Source of the DNA: a virus
Strand: one strand, 5' to 3'
IMG/VR virus record: IMGVR_UViG_3300034104_002622
Span: 9,284-73,283 of that record
DNA: 64,000 nucleotides
Below, piece by piece: positions 22,501 through 28,544 of the stretch. The first letter of the stretch is position 1, and each line of letters opens with the position of its first letter. Both the position numbers and the translations under genes were made by a program. The notes beneath the pieces were generated by a model. The model searched no databases and was not told where the DNA came from. It saw only the letters and a program-made list of their open reading frames with translations.

Positions 22501-23621
22501 TAGCTAAAGTTGAGCGGGCTTTATCTCGCTCTATTTTCATTACTGAATTGTTAGCTGAACTTCGATGGATGGAAAAGAACGGACAAATTGAAAAGGCTCC
22601 AAAGGACGAAATGGAATTGATTGGCAGGAAGGATTTTAAAAACATTCCCATGGAAGCTGTTCAATACGCTGAGGCGAAAGTGAGCGATCACATGGGGGTT
22701 GCTGACCAAGCCAAGAAAGCAATGCCTTTCCAAAATCTCACTAGGTCTCCTTCGTGGAATGCCTTGATCCGCACCATATCTAGGTTCTCTAATCACCAAG
22801 CCTCCACTTCAAGCGGTATGGCTGCTATGCTGCCGATGATCTGGAAGGCTGAGACAGGAGAGGATGGTAAGCTCACAATTGGTGGTCAGAGAGCGAGACA
22901 AGAAGCCATCGAGAACATTACGGGAACGGTAATCCAAAACAGCTTGTTCCACATTATGAAGCTCAAGGTGCTTGTTCCAATTGTTTTGTCGGTGATTTAC
23001 GGAATGGGTGACGACGATGACGAGGAAGCTCAAGTTAGGGCTCAGGAGATGGCCGACAAATTAATGGCCCCGGACGAAGAGGGTAATCCAATAGTCAATG
23101 CGGCCAAAGCGGTGATTTTTGGAAAGCAGTCCCAATTTTTCAGGGACGAAAAAACACCCGAGGCTGCGGCGGCTTCGGCATATGCTTCGCTAGGATCGAG
23201 CATTGTGTCTGAAATAATCCCTATGGCTCACCCGCTAACTGCGGCATTTGGGTTTTATCCTGCGCATTTTGCGTTTAAGGCAGCGATTACGAACCAGTTG
23301 ATTCAAGATGCTACAGCAAAAATGACTGGATTAGATTCAGCACAAAGCAGATGGGAAGATGATGCGGTTTACATTTACGAGCGAGAAGAAGGTGGGGTGC
23401 AGACTGCTATGGGCATGACTGCTCCTAGTTCTGTTGTTTACGACTTGGGTGCTGCGGCCGCATTATCAACAGAAGCTGCTTTCGCAGAAGAATCTAATGT
23501 CTTAGACATTATTGCTTACATGATAAGCGAAGTCGTTCCGGTTACTCGTGAACTTCGCGGAAGGTTGAAGCAGAAGGTTGAAGAGTCTGTCTGGGAACAG
23601 CGTTCAGAAGATAATCGTTAG
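7560..23621 (+). CDS. Giant (5353 aa) internal virion/polyvalent-type protein with zincin-like motifs
   Basis: 16-kb uninterrupted ORF; Gly/Ala-rich hydrophobic helices near the N-terminus; HEMGH...E motif at aa 1196-1200; degenerate EELTH at aa 1584-1588. Confidence 0.7.
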   Translation: MNFDNYDYGSNTDQLQEDQPIKAPVEFDFTDALGIVKADKWVGANQTRRIATVDKAFEKIVEQAESDKSRKIKWNRLGGNKELVEMPLFHSDGSWTSQGKEWLGQQRNYLEAAANDETGGMVVNPLSGEFEIASHLAPLLGRKQKQFDPFKDFDDIKQDVESEVVDGKPRDFTYEAFLERVNQGKDPDSPSAIDPDNKAMREQFESRKRLNDFDPSTMGNTPFLMKEGVPIFNPKMLNEPTKIESAIETSELSVADKKMALINFRDTYNKLGAGIVNEVSDADDMQMHKMPLNAIADIFGVDRNNISKRFRDHMAQEGGKGSLYTFIKENEAEFSGEQFGWADKLNNAFWNANRSTGGGALWLLTAGQNKGVNQFLSDSARSSDSAFEGMGGVENYRVLGMDFTNKGMYDMAGQVASMLATGGASLALKGGIKAAGTVAGATAGSLVPKAGVLGAAAKGVMASDEAILAATKALAPNTAKNLTIKALRDPSAYIGGLQASGMSFGSTFNQVMEETGDYDLATKKANIEGISSGLSAFIATSVFNRIAPGAEKMMTGVEGSLSGSIASRIAFAKASGSSATRKATIKAFEDLATDEVTRKLLSKGMAEAADKAAKQAGLKGFGPAAGVVSEFFEESTDTALNDVISAVLDDSKTWTDTVWDNIGEKFSEYMAAGVMGAFGGAMGESVGGLTSFSKASREQRAKAVKEHAFAKWETIKGNIDSFGESEIADKDGKFRPIAEFLAWDGATSEEKSKALVNAARERTGLQISLEGRAVAPVVAKPPEAVEKPKEGASIMDDLFESRPKDENGNDMEWQEAKITYGPEHKLVLGGKEVTMQQVDLPRDEGVGALITDADGKKTHISAAKAKKMLEESKPLKKGLRVGASPEMKQRAAMLERFSADSNPAQYAKKNETSKQSTTVDADNKQIAPPSETRSRDSAPPQDDGDSGIAGDGGAKQTRQSDIGAPTSTTLIPAAQKLLDEKVSEERLIELASWKKESGSLDPSNEQKTLNQIAAKAVLKSQGKWDDANNSPLAQTKSETPAPVSTEAAPEVKDTEEDPPFRPVNDPEEIAYRKNKTIAWAKNTESERGSNVGRKTIFEKIAALFDSSPKTGNKEEVLERLKKFGAMGHVSGWLNEDAIREDYRSGLKYIRGEVADSKGSEQKKLLFERMGITPDEFLSFINDHGGEEAYVEFIKAHEMGHIASGHRGQKTINQGDLLDDQHMGWETEANHWALETLGFYEWRKQQPNKPNEKQTENQGDEAKGPQVGKIHRPANSNGLTGDIVAKFAKDGNSIIVADNETAANNEIKRQGLEGRPVLVVNAATASNRAAVEDAIEDFQSGDKQLGSEVESNTPAMVDPLMEDPTAPKFFADISSLDTEDKFGGKWYKSGDTYTYTPTQGKVLPIGLNSVVAIDGEPDAVLLLVGEKDGVYEFRKVDYKVMAKTLGEDFKGYGKFSKDWNDNRLKEAGRHIEAHLDKLFSGKLSEKEFDSMLRKIMAVVAPGVRLESIAFEKLENGEFFVARRTTPKDGDGNATGLAQTKIVLDRQAFMANLAKVFRGYRTGQDAFYNKLVGNEVARQLAAHVDEELTHVVGMKEFKDIEVIGLFDELVALSRKGKQKFISSVFNQIAARRVKGKTLDSFTEDEKYMVGAETLRALNQILTTGSWTEEQTNDAKRLLFALNEDAAEAKGPLKTVIELLRRYMLKIRRMLHMRLLMGQLPPNLQAMLKRQETAYVRANLFGDVDMIKDKNAQEKMEMARESLLSSRKMIGKVAMKNTGALVELKRIVKTLNLNIEDIIEIDYRNGTIRLIDDSKKAFNGMSFQDLIKRYEPDVNLEDINKALSELEMEGSVFAIMQDLGLAYRALEAARNLTPDLLPILDDSYGLSVSEGDEEGATRSDKEDAAETEKYRVMQMLVAAAPAFDNGSAFIKRKMAEVDSLAKNDSLVLSQMNLDVIAVVAELDLGVANDAIKLSRIAEMVKYSPGQEVMDLNMAAPDFRKNLLKRLHERATINSTDSLNYDGESLIGVHRILFGKRPDYKPFVSTRMKRREMLEDLEAFRLAQMTEAQADRLQAEQLTPEQVKSLKLLRDAQVESAIAAGQYEQYGSSAFVERARLRARRMRSEAGVNMEVANRLYQDYLTYTKALDDYNKLATTAIREMIGEESLDTKGFGMSHQDYNYNMDELVSQKPENVIQVQKDMLARRRGKMFSEAEYETVTPVRAGLPKEQSHSIAHGYPYKDVAWNVANKDKSMTLITVTQSDPITPWFPKKEGDQPPSDSFKVTALPTSSNPLFKRGILSSAAFRGNINAMQFLQMLDRGITGDTAERYMATLGYVSEVVENEDFDDIQYESIDRILPRYAVSRLYAFQKEELYLGSSNGKNRALGIKDLNKTFGSNLDKNHPDYKNSIQSLIDSIRDYATKLSRSTNPDLTINDIDGLQTLAGRSAPVINDRASEVLKYLAEFEAEVNSISYAIRTAGEKATRNEMVGFSSRLFALFNTKTNSAFENLDVAIRLANVSSEIARQEANSFKRIIPNVIREKTRTARDAGYASSELFRETRDSMIDPVTLTNMKWWINRFGKDSLASVGGTWAIDLMERAGRIGFGTAGEMLVTDAAWVWTQAPVFEFDSNGDVVMEPLLDEDGKPVMEFYIEDGLQKIQPAMKFKAKLDEFGEPLTELRQVHIDMSDDDAIAYLISEKDNAGRAPISSNMNEIGSSVKDAKIGRSSSESKQSPYEKSLRQMDVERQLQKKFITEAGLLIGLRIGVDKSADDAQDFLNRLLALDSDSSSYNDVLRDGLSGLFGIDPSNVGELIGKFKDFQQGIFEIKSAPITSRTEEFVTQKKLDLFSPSGTIAENRIDPFSFLMEMIEFKSRFERDLIDAARVGSVDLETGELISGGRGDFRLTEALRTLSNHATAGGQNPQLRDDLAAMNESMIRKGRKTLFSEVGLAQTNQEEAAVIAKMLHDESLGKGEVYLYDANTFAKMGDQGIISTNETINLILQNIPDAILYKPTKQTKAKNEAYFGTRFFVPMDGSPPVIYVGDTSNQEDNRVLIEQALGYLTRQKTAEADLIAQRLIQTASSIRLALSPITHLEELIRGLGNKADSIDNFIRQYTDELALANPASMDGLDEAKKAELSGMIRAYFMKMQDIGLINTAQKAELNKITALLNETSPEDSRNSYSTERSLLSDSDQRAVERERDYIRLMAADPINDSISLIAEVWSNPEAKRLLDRVMIGDNIVNTLDSLSDQTLARGIQAVKQMGESNPEDQTIADHFDSVNSQEVAQDNLNEEGSEDIDNRDVDTWADEYDKALEQARKEAGEQSDLEKPQELSTEDKEKFLALVPSANNIRRFFRARLFDKAEFGPMDDKLAAIVEDYSQNGGLSPADALLFNTLMDVVSVQKTLQAPVIVDNNSDVTPGREILGDLGTRDGANPIVGNNEGSKWRGRRGERAPFVGAWHTLMTGRQNGRTAPTLVFERKRYQKFAGGFLDRVPFINEIIQTQAEKSINEAVDNYNEAKHKNLPNFISYPRAYVDIPLTQEVYEQIGSYLPTGKLAAAEAEVRENIQKMFKLRENAERQRDKAKAVIEEFENRALENPLFERIQQWQFQGNVRSMIEAQILDEAYNTALEVKSAAGGDTRLEKLLNTYATKSRFQSDRYKEVFNDIQQDAIRLRQLIANADALIEAEQEATGEIVKDRGVVYYADPKIFLQQKLLNSNIQKLNQIVNKDMESVWRLVIEDDNNAKSVFSENSKKFIKINEVEDLFKFRFGMLEDDLTRMFSRDGLRNVFLRPLVEQAVGGFGRETSSLASREMQMPTKTTAKKKSKEIEAVRLQAKRQRRKMISRLVNMIKQGSTRNEIKMYLTRQLEGRFNALESNANSPFNDSFRAMLDEISMPSDALVEILRYDEGVKSTEEAARLTKAENVLLKSERLLAQMNDPNVTVKSGGYFSRLAFNNTSDALAGIHTHIGSDQSLNPLGGRHKVPITMTFVPEDALSPMVTEMTRKDELAAYRSKWNKEFKDAANPYEFYIRQQAISRALSDYAEKADVLHRAIKQQETYINNYNPAAIIQQVTDTMAIQDRLSQERINRIKADSEGVSHHAVAPDVVALLAVPEEQSFYSVSNVKELNKLADKAKQKGLELSKAIDEVKGYETRIAQAKNKGQFMQADKLGVLLVKAKANRDGIADDLKTIGKRRVALRAARRVSRHTIPENMKERRELVAHLVNDGEWLLLGSITAAQDLKNRFVVQSGKAQSGESMMRDIVLSSVPEEDESEDGTVHLQNRMGFTSVYRNEAWTHTDFTSPAWSLAANSTRESASKQFAARYSSNVVERANRRLAERRNDPLARAGDEDRKIDTNNTFVKKQLEMFEFYVESIALAYDRNTLSGETRKRVFDFLKTLADGKIAQSNDAAESVDLIDLYASVVSEIEGPEAMKLLIAGIVPLSGPARFSMKALHHHESKLRMTFMKTHIAQMEARRLHGYLEHGFDLKSGRNTHTNEFNKAKAKLEEKAKLLGLDSLQQSIPYVIASLKGLTKTRSASLAGNLSMWASDFQTGSRDLKQLFDSQNELAAGQKFGKIRKYFTAEHVDVIRDYAMVKEVYETIRPILRDVGTSPSGTDKNAHALELINKAIAALEEKIPANLQQASKDYSDTLGTTFKGLSDASELTLIMMSHPDATPDEGQAYQKWLHGGLRGDATFVTTVPLRYGHAANPKSIGKSFEPRQYKEDPLEEVGMMSLSLLGGPGKQARTRKDNEDAQTYRPINLNGLSGTIALLDDTLYRLNVTPTYSILRKIVGKEEVNQRNQGEVVGSKVMAKLGDSPEGEIARKWRVALGAISEEMDIKVANDMKFGVANTAFSETLNYLSSLMMVRSLFSFQQFWNQSGPSVLGYIVKKSVTGNYKDAIQMVRLLSKIIASKAGGDSQFNDEAKQFVANVATWVNFRGADGIDKLDQLRRKQVRHGAGLGKKWSGYALNQITNLGEKSLDFSIAKVERALSRSIFITELLAELRWMEKNGQIEKAPKDEMELIGRKDFKNIPMEAVQYAEAKVSDHMGVADQAKKAMPFQNLTRSPSWNALIRTISRFSNHQASTSSGMAAMLPMIWKAETGEDGKLTIGGQRARQEAIENITGTVIQNSLFHIMKLKVLVPIVLSVIYGMGDDDDEEAQVRAQEMADKLMAPDEEGNPIVNAAKAVIFGKQSQFFRDEKTPEAAAASAYASLGSSIVSEIIPMAHPLTAAFGFYPAHFAFKAAITNQLIQDATAKMTGLDSAQSRWEDDAVYIYEREEGGVQTAMGMTAPSSVVYDLGAAAALSTEAAFAEESNVLDIIAYMISEVVPVTRELRGRLKQKVEESVWEQRSEDNR

Positions 23622-23632
23622 CCTAGACTAAA

Positions 23633-23878
23633 TCACCAAGTTGAAACATCTGGAATTGGAACGGAGAAAACCGAACCTTCTCCACCCACTACTAAGTCAA
23701 TAACCTCGATGTTACTGCATAGTCCGTGGTCAATGTAGGTGTATTTCCACCTGCTCATGGAGTTGACGCAATTGTCGTAATCGTGATCAGGGCGTGTAGC
23801 CATCCATTGTTTGACTAAGTGAACGTCTTCTTTGTGGATTAGGCGAGGCAGGGTTATTGGGATGCTGGTTGCTTTCAT
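23633..23878 (-). CDS. Hypothetical protein
   Basis: Last gene of the leftward arm; internal ATG (MKATSIP) just after the upstream stop. Confidence 0.55.
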   Translation of the reverse strand: MKATSIPITLPRLIHKEDVHLVKQWMATRPDHDYDNCVNSMSRWKYTYIDHGLCSNIEVIDLVVGGEGSVFSVPIPDVSTW

Positions 23879-23880
23879 AA

Positions 23881-24195
23881 TTACCGATGGAACGAGGAAC
23901 TTAAGTGCCAGCTTTTGCAAGTGTCGCAAAAATACTGCCTAAGCTTTCCTACATTGGCTGAGTTGCGAAGTCTGTGCTTGGCTCCAGCTTTTGCGTTAGA
24001 CTCACTAGAGTAGCACACTTTATTGCATTCGTTGTCGAGACGGACTCCTGATCGCGTTTCAATCTCAACTCCTTCCATTTCAGCCAACATCCTAGCTTCT
24101 TCTATGCTGGTAGGTGGAGCCCCAGCGTCTTCTCCTAGTAATTCTAGGAGGCGCTTTTTGGATTCGGCTTTTTTTTTGCCGGGGCTTATTTTCAT
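23881..24195 (-). CDS. Small Cys/His-containing (Zn-finger-like) phage protein
   Basis: KVCY...YFCDTCKSWHLSS motif. Confidence 0.55.
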   Translation of the reverse strand: MKISPGKKKAESKKRLLELLGEDAGAPPTSIEEARMLAEMEGVEIETRSGVRLDNECNKVCYSSESNAKAGAKHRLRNSANVGKLRQYFCDTCKSWHLSSSFHR

Positions 24196-24752
24196 TGCAG
24201 GGCTTTTATGAGCTCTTCCAGACGTGTAATCCTGAGATTTAAGATCGCACAGGTTTTAAGAGGCAGGTTTCTAGCTTTCTGAGATAGCCATTTAATAGCA
24301 TCTACGGCCTGTTCTAGGCGCTCTACGGAGTCTTTGGGTAGATTGTAGCTGAATTGAATTGAACTGGCTTTAGGGGCATCCTCAGCTTCAGCAACAGACT
24401 CCTCTAGGGACATTGCTGCTTTATCTGTTTCGACAACCTTAATATCATCAATCGAATGCCAGTATCCGGGTTTAATTGCAGTTTCTTGGGTCTCTCCTTG
24501 CGCTAGAGGCACGTTGTTTGCTTTTGGAGCATAGGGCTCCCACTCATCTGCGTCTAGGTTGCTATTTGTTGGTGGAGGCAAATGGATTCCATCGTCATCA
24601 TGACTTTGAAAATCTGCTGCTTTTATGGTTTCGTTTACTGGTTGTGTTTCAAGAACCTCTTTAAACATTGCTGCTTCCTTTTTAGCTTTTTTATTGGCTA
24701 GGTAACGTTTGTTTGATTCGGCCTTGGTCATTGCTTTTTTTCTTGCTGGCAT
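24192..24752 (-). CDS. Hypothetical protein (186 aa)
   Basis: Packed ORF with A-rich leader; basic N-terminus. Confidence 0.6.
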   Translation of the reverse strand: MPARKKAMTKAESNKRYLANKKAKKEAAMFKEVLETQPVNETIKAADFQSHDDDGIHLPPPTNSNLDADEWEPYAPKANNVPLAQGETQETAIKPGYWHSIDDIKVVETDKAAMSLEESVAEAEDAPKASSIQFSYNLPKDSVERLEQAVDAIKWLSQKARNLPLKTCAILNLRITRLEELIKALQ

Positions 24753-24770
24753 TGTTTTATTTTATTTGAA

Positions 24771-25427
24771 TTATTGTTTGATTCCTTTGTGTTCGTCTCC
24801 TTCAAGTGTTGCCTTAAAGCCTATGTTTCCTGCTACATGAAATAGAATGATTCCTTCTGGTTTCATAAAGCCCGGTGCTGCTACACTTCCATTAGTTCTT
24901 AGTAGCTCTAGGCATTGTTCTGCTTTATATGTATCAAACAGTCCTTGATAGATAACTGGGACTAGATGGCAGCACTCTGGAAGGACTTCTTGCATTTTCA
25001 CAATGCGTGGATCAGCAGTTGGTATTTGTTTAGGTTCTGTTCCATGGAGCACCCAACGCTGCGTATTAAATAGGCTGAAACGCTTTTCTTTCATCCCATA
25101 TTTTCTTTGGATGCCTTGTCCCCACCATTCGCCAAAATGTTGACCAACTCCAAGATTGATAAGCTCATCTCTGTTTTGATTTACCCATGCGGCAAATTCA
25201 AAGTTGTCATCACTTGGCGTGATCCATCTATTTCGGCTTCCGGCGCGAATAGTTAAATCGCCAACAATAGCAATGATACCTTGGGAATCCCAAGATTCGG
25301 AACCTTTTTCATCAACAGTTGTTTTAGTAATCATAATGGAAGCATTTGTTCCATCAATTTTTTCACTTATGATTACTTCCCTTAAAAGGCGCGGCATTTT
25401 GGGAAACCCTTTGAATTCTAATTTCAT
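24771..25427 (-). CDS. RNA ligase (Rnl2-type nucleotidyltransferase domain)
   Basis: Motif I EKIDGTN, GSRNRW, GEWWG, FSLFN, PEGII, and a C-terminal FK. Confidence 0.85.
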   Translation of the reverse strand: MKLEFKGFPKMPRLLREVIISEKIDGTNASIMITKTTVDEKGSESWDSQGIIAIVGDLTIRAGSRNRWITPSDDNFEFAAWVNQNRDELINLGVGQHFGEWWGQGIQRKYGMKEKRFSLFNTQRWVLHGTEPKQIPTADPRIVKMQEVLPECCHLVPVIYQGLFDTYKAEQCLELLRTNGSVAAPGFMKPEGIILFHVAGNIGFKATLEGDEHKGIKQ

Positions 25428-25491
25428 ATATATTTGTATGTGTTGAGATTTTGGTATTTAACTGAAATGTTTTTTAACTTGTTACCTTAGA

Positions 25492-25875
25492 CTACTGGCA
25501 GGATTCGCACACTTCACCATCAGTGCAAGTGCGTTCTGGAAGCGGATCATTAAAGTCGTCGTCAGGTAAGTCTTTAACAAATGCGCCATCTACAATCTTG
25601 CCAGTGCGTTCTTTGATTTCATTGTATGCGCTGAGAAGGCAGTCTTCAAACTTTACTCCAGCCAATTCAGAAAGTAGAATTAGAACAACTGTGCAGTCAC
25701 CGACCGCATCTACAAGTTCATCATGGTTAGGAATGGCAATCGCGACATTGAGTTCTTCGACTTCTTCGAGCAGCTTAACAAATTGAGTTTGTGTAGTTGC
25801 TTTTGCATTTGTTCCGATAATGTTGCGTTCTTCACCCCATGTGCGGATGGCTTCGATTAGTTCTTGTGTTGTCAT
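25492..25875 (-). CDS. MazG-like NTP pyrophosphohydrolase
   Basis: KLLEEVEEL...DAVGD...AYNEIKERTG; Cys-rich C-terminal tail CTDGEVCESCQ. Confidence 0.8.
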   Translation of the reverse strand: MTTQELIEAIRTWGEERNIIGTNAKATTQTQFVKLLEEVEELNVAIAIPNHDELVDAVGDCTVVLILLSELAGVKFEDCLLSAYNEIKERTGKIVDGAFVKDLPDDDFNDPLPERTCTDGEVCESCQ

Positions 25876-25888
25876 TTTTGTTTATTGT

Positions 25889-26176
25889 TTAGAGTTGGAT
25901 TTCGTCAGAAAAAATATTGAGGTCTTCTGCGTTGCGTTGGATTTCAGATGCAATTCCGAGAAGGCGTTCTACAAATTGTGAATTAGTTAATTGGTTTTTA
26001 TCTTTATCAGTGGCAGGATAAGCAGGAGACGTGATTCGGATTTTATCTGTTTTTATTCCAATTCGAGTAACTGCTTCGGCAAGAATAGTTAATAAGTGGT
26101 CGATTTCACGAAACGCTTTTTCTGCTGGTGATTGGGATTCTGTTACACATTCTCCTTTGTATTGTTGTGTGTTCAT
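25889..26176 (-). CDS. Hypothetical protein
   Basis: Internal ATG (MNTQQY) with an A-rich leader typical of this genome. Confidence 0.5.
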   Translation of the reverse strand: MNTQQYKGECVTESQSPAEKAFREIDHLLTILAEAVTRIGIKTDKIRITSPAYPATDKDKNQLTNSQFVERLLGIASEIQRNAEDLNIFSDEIQL

Positions 26177-26316
26177 TTTTGTTTTTGTTGTTGTTTGGTT
26201 AATTTGGTTGAATTTAAAACTTGTGTGTGATGGCGCTAGCTGGTCAGGCCAATTGTCTGAGTTGAACATCTCCCTTGCTGCCCATGAGTAAACTGATTCG
26301 ATTCCGTTCCATTCTT

Positions 26317-26574
26317 TCATAATTGCTGGTTGGTTTCTATTCTGTTTTTGAGATAAGCGCGTGATCCTATAATCGGCCTTAGCATAGCTCGGCAGTTGCG
26401 GATTTCCTGTGCGGTAAGTTCCCCCATTCGGAGACGTAACTCGCTGTCTGACATGTGCAGCCACTCCCAGCAACGGGAATGCACCGCTTCCATCTCATCC
26501 ACTTCCACGGAGGAGAGCTTGAGCTTGATGTATTTCTTCCCGATTTTGCCGTAGAGGGGTCCTTCGTATTTCAT
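26317..26574 (-). CDS. Hypothetical protein
   Basis: ATGA-coupled to the upstream ORF. Confidence 0.55.
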   Translation of the reverse strand: MKYEGPLYGKIGKKYIKLKLSSVEVDEMEAVHSRCWEWLHMSDSELRLRMGELTAQEIRNCRAMLRPIIGSRAYLKNRIETNQQL

Positions 26575-26828
26575 GGCTTGATTTTATTTATGAACCGAAG
26601 GGCTCGTTCTCCAGCTTGATGAGCTTTGTTCCAAGTTCTGAACTTCTTTTTGAAGCGGCGATCCCCAAAGTCTCCTTTGCTGGCGAAGTAGCGGAACGAA
26701 ACGGTAAACCCGTCATTTTGACCTACGTAATCAGCACCGGGGGAAACAAAGGGGCAAACTGTATTGTCCCACTCAAGATACCCGCCATAAGGCAATATCC
26801 ATGTCCATTTATGTCTCAGGATTCTCAT
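26571..26828 (-). CDS. Hypothetical protein
   Basis: Coupled start/stop overlaps on both sides. Confidence 0.55.
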   Translation of the reverse strand: MRILRHKWTWILPYGGYLEWDNTVCPFVSPGADYVGQNDGFTVSFRYFASKGDFGDRRFKKKFRTWNKAHQAGERALRFINKIKP

Positions 26829-27343
26829 TAGTCAGGGCTAAATTGTTTCAGGATTATAAGAGGATAGAAGCATGGGAAAGGCCACCTAGCTACCAACCCC
26901 ACTGCGTCTGCATAGGTGAAGACTTTACTGTTACGTCCTTTCCAGAGGAGGCCTTGTTCTTGAGCCCACAGGGGGTTTTCATGGACTTTGCGGTGACATT
27001 GGCTATGGAGCAACACGGTGAAGCAGAACGCTGTTTTACGTCGTCCGGCCGGATGGTGTCTTTCCATTGTGGAGGACTGGGCTTTAACCCCGCAGACGGC
27101 ACAAATGGCTTCAGTTGGTAGCAACGCACCACTTGCCCTGTAATCGGATTCAAGTTTGGCTCTCCTACAAGCGGCATCACTCTTGTTCTTTGTAGGTGTC
27201 GAAGCGGGCTTGTTCGGTTTCTTCTTCACTTGGGCTGAAGAGTTTAGCAAATCCCCCAATGCCTTGTTCCACGAGGGCTTTTTGTGCTGCTTGCTCTGCT
27301 TCAATGTTGAGAAATTCTTCGAGAGCTTTTTGGGAGTATTCAT
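26828..27343 (-). CDS. HNH-type nuclease (start uncertain)
   Basis: CAVC...ERHH...LHSQCHRKVH. Confidence 0.65.
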   Translation of the reverse strand: MNTPKKLSKNFSTLKQSKQHKKPSWNKALGDLLNSSAQVKKKPNKPASTPTKNKSDAACRRAKLESDYRASGALLPTEAICAVCGVKAQSSTMERHHPAGRRKTAFCFTVLLHSQCHRKVHENPLWAQEQGLLWKGRNSKVFTYADAVGLVARWPFPCFYPLIILKQFSPD

Positions 27344-27515
27344 GTATGATAGAAAGTTCTAAGAATTCTTTTCCACGGTTTGGTGTTGCCATCGCTATAC
27401 GAGCTATTACTAGCCCCATTGCTTGTTGGATAGTTTTATAATCAGGCTCTTCATGAAACAAAGGCCCTAAAGCGTATGTCATGGATTCGACTAGGTTGTG
27501 TGTTTTACTTAACAT
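27177..27515 (-). CDS. Hypothetical protein (112 aa)
   Basis: Helical, protein-like composition; overlaps the HNH ORF in another frame. Confidence 0.5.
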   Translation of the reverse strand: MLSKTHNLVESMTYALGPLFHEEPDYKTIQQAMGLVIARIAMATPNRGKEFLELSIIHEYSQKALEEFLNIEAEQAAQKALVEQGIGGFAKLFSPSEEETEQARFDTYKEQE

Positions 27516-28531
27516 ATTTTTGATTAAATTCGTTTTCTAGTTTTTTTGCAGTTGTTAAAGCGCATACATAATTGTCTGAGTCTTTTATTCCTACAAGCTT
27601 TTTAAGCTCAAGAGATAAACAACTTAAACAAATATTGCTACCGCGAGCGTTATTGCCACATTTCTTTTCACAATAACCCCATGTTGAAATTCCTTCGTAT
27701 GCTTGATAATGAATTTCACTAATTAAAGCTTTTAACTTTTGATGCTTTTCTTTTTTAGTCATTGTTATTTTTGCTTTCTGGGGGGCATTGGTATCCACAT
27801 TTTTTACACCAGTTCATTTCTGTGTGATACGGAGCAAGATGATCCATCTTATGATACCATTTACCACAAAGGCAAATAGCAATTTCTGAACCAGTCCATT
27901 TTTCATTTACTTCTAACCATGCTTTTGTATCAGCGGGAATCCTTCCTACAGGTCGCTTAATATTATTCTTTGGTTTCATTTTAATTGATAATGAAATTGG
28001 TTATGCTTTTAATTGTCGTAGTAGTCGCGCTGCGGTGGGTCTTGGATAATCATCTCGTATACTTCGTCACGCTCATCGTCGGTTAGCTCAATTCTATCGC
28101 CGTCAACGTGTGCTCCAATGATTTCGACGTTAGCGTGTTCCTCCGGCTGCAAGTGGGTTGCAGGTGTGCCAGAGAAATAGTGAACCTTGACTTCAATCTC
28201 AACCTCGCGGATTATTGTAACTGTCGTTCTCATAGATTGGTTTCTATAGTAAATTGTGGAACGTTTTTTGGGATGCGTTACCTTTCCCCTTTGCCCCTGC
28301 TCGTCGGGTCATCCCAATCTGCGAGGAAATTGTTTATTGGGCAAACTCATCCATCCAGAATGTTGTAGGCTTTACAGTTTGAGTTATTCCTACGCACATA
28401 AGGATTTCAAATGCGTCTCCTTTGTGCTGTTCTGATAGGCGCAGCGACTCTTTATGAGCTGATGCTATGGTGTTGTGTTTTACTGTTGCTTTTTGTCCGT
28501 CTGTTTTTTGCACGTAGTAGTATGGTTTCAT
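27505..28531 (-). CDS. Cluster of four small hypothetical genes (27505-27798, 27755-27979, 28009-28233, 28334-28531)
   Basis: Consecutive leftward ORFs of 65-97 aa with A-rich leaders; two are Cys-rich. Confidence 0.5.
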
Positions 28532-28544
28532 ATAGTTTTGTTTT

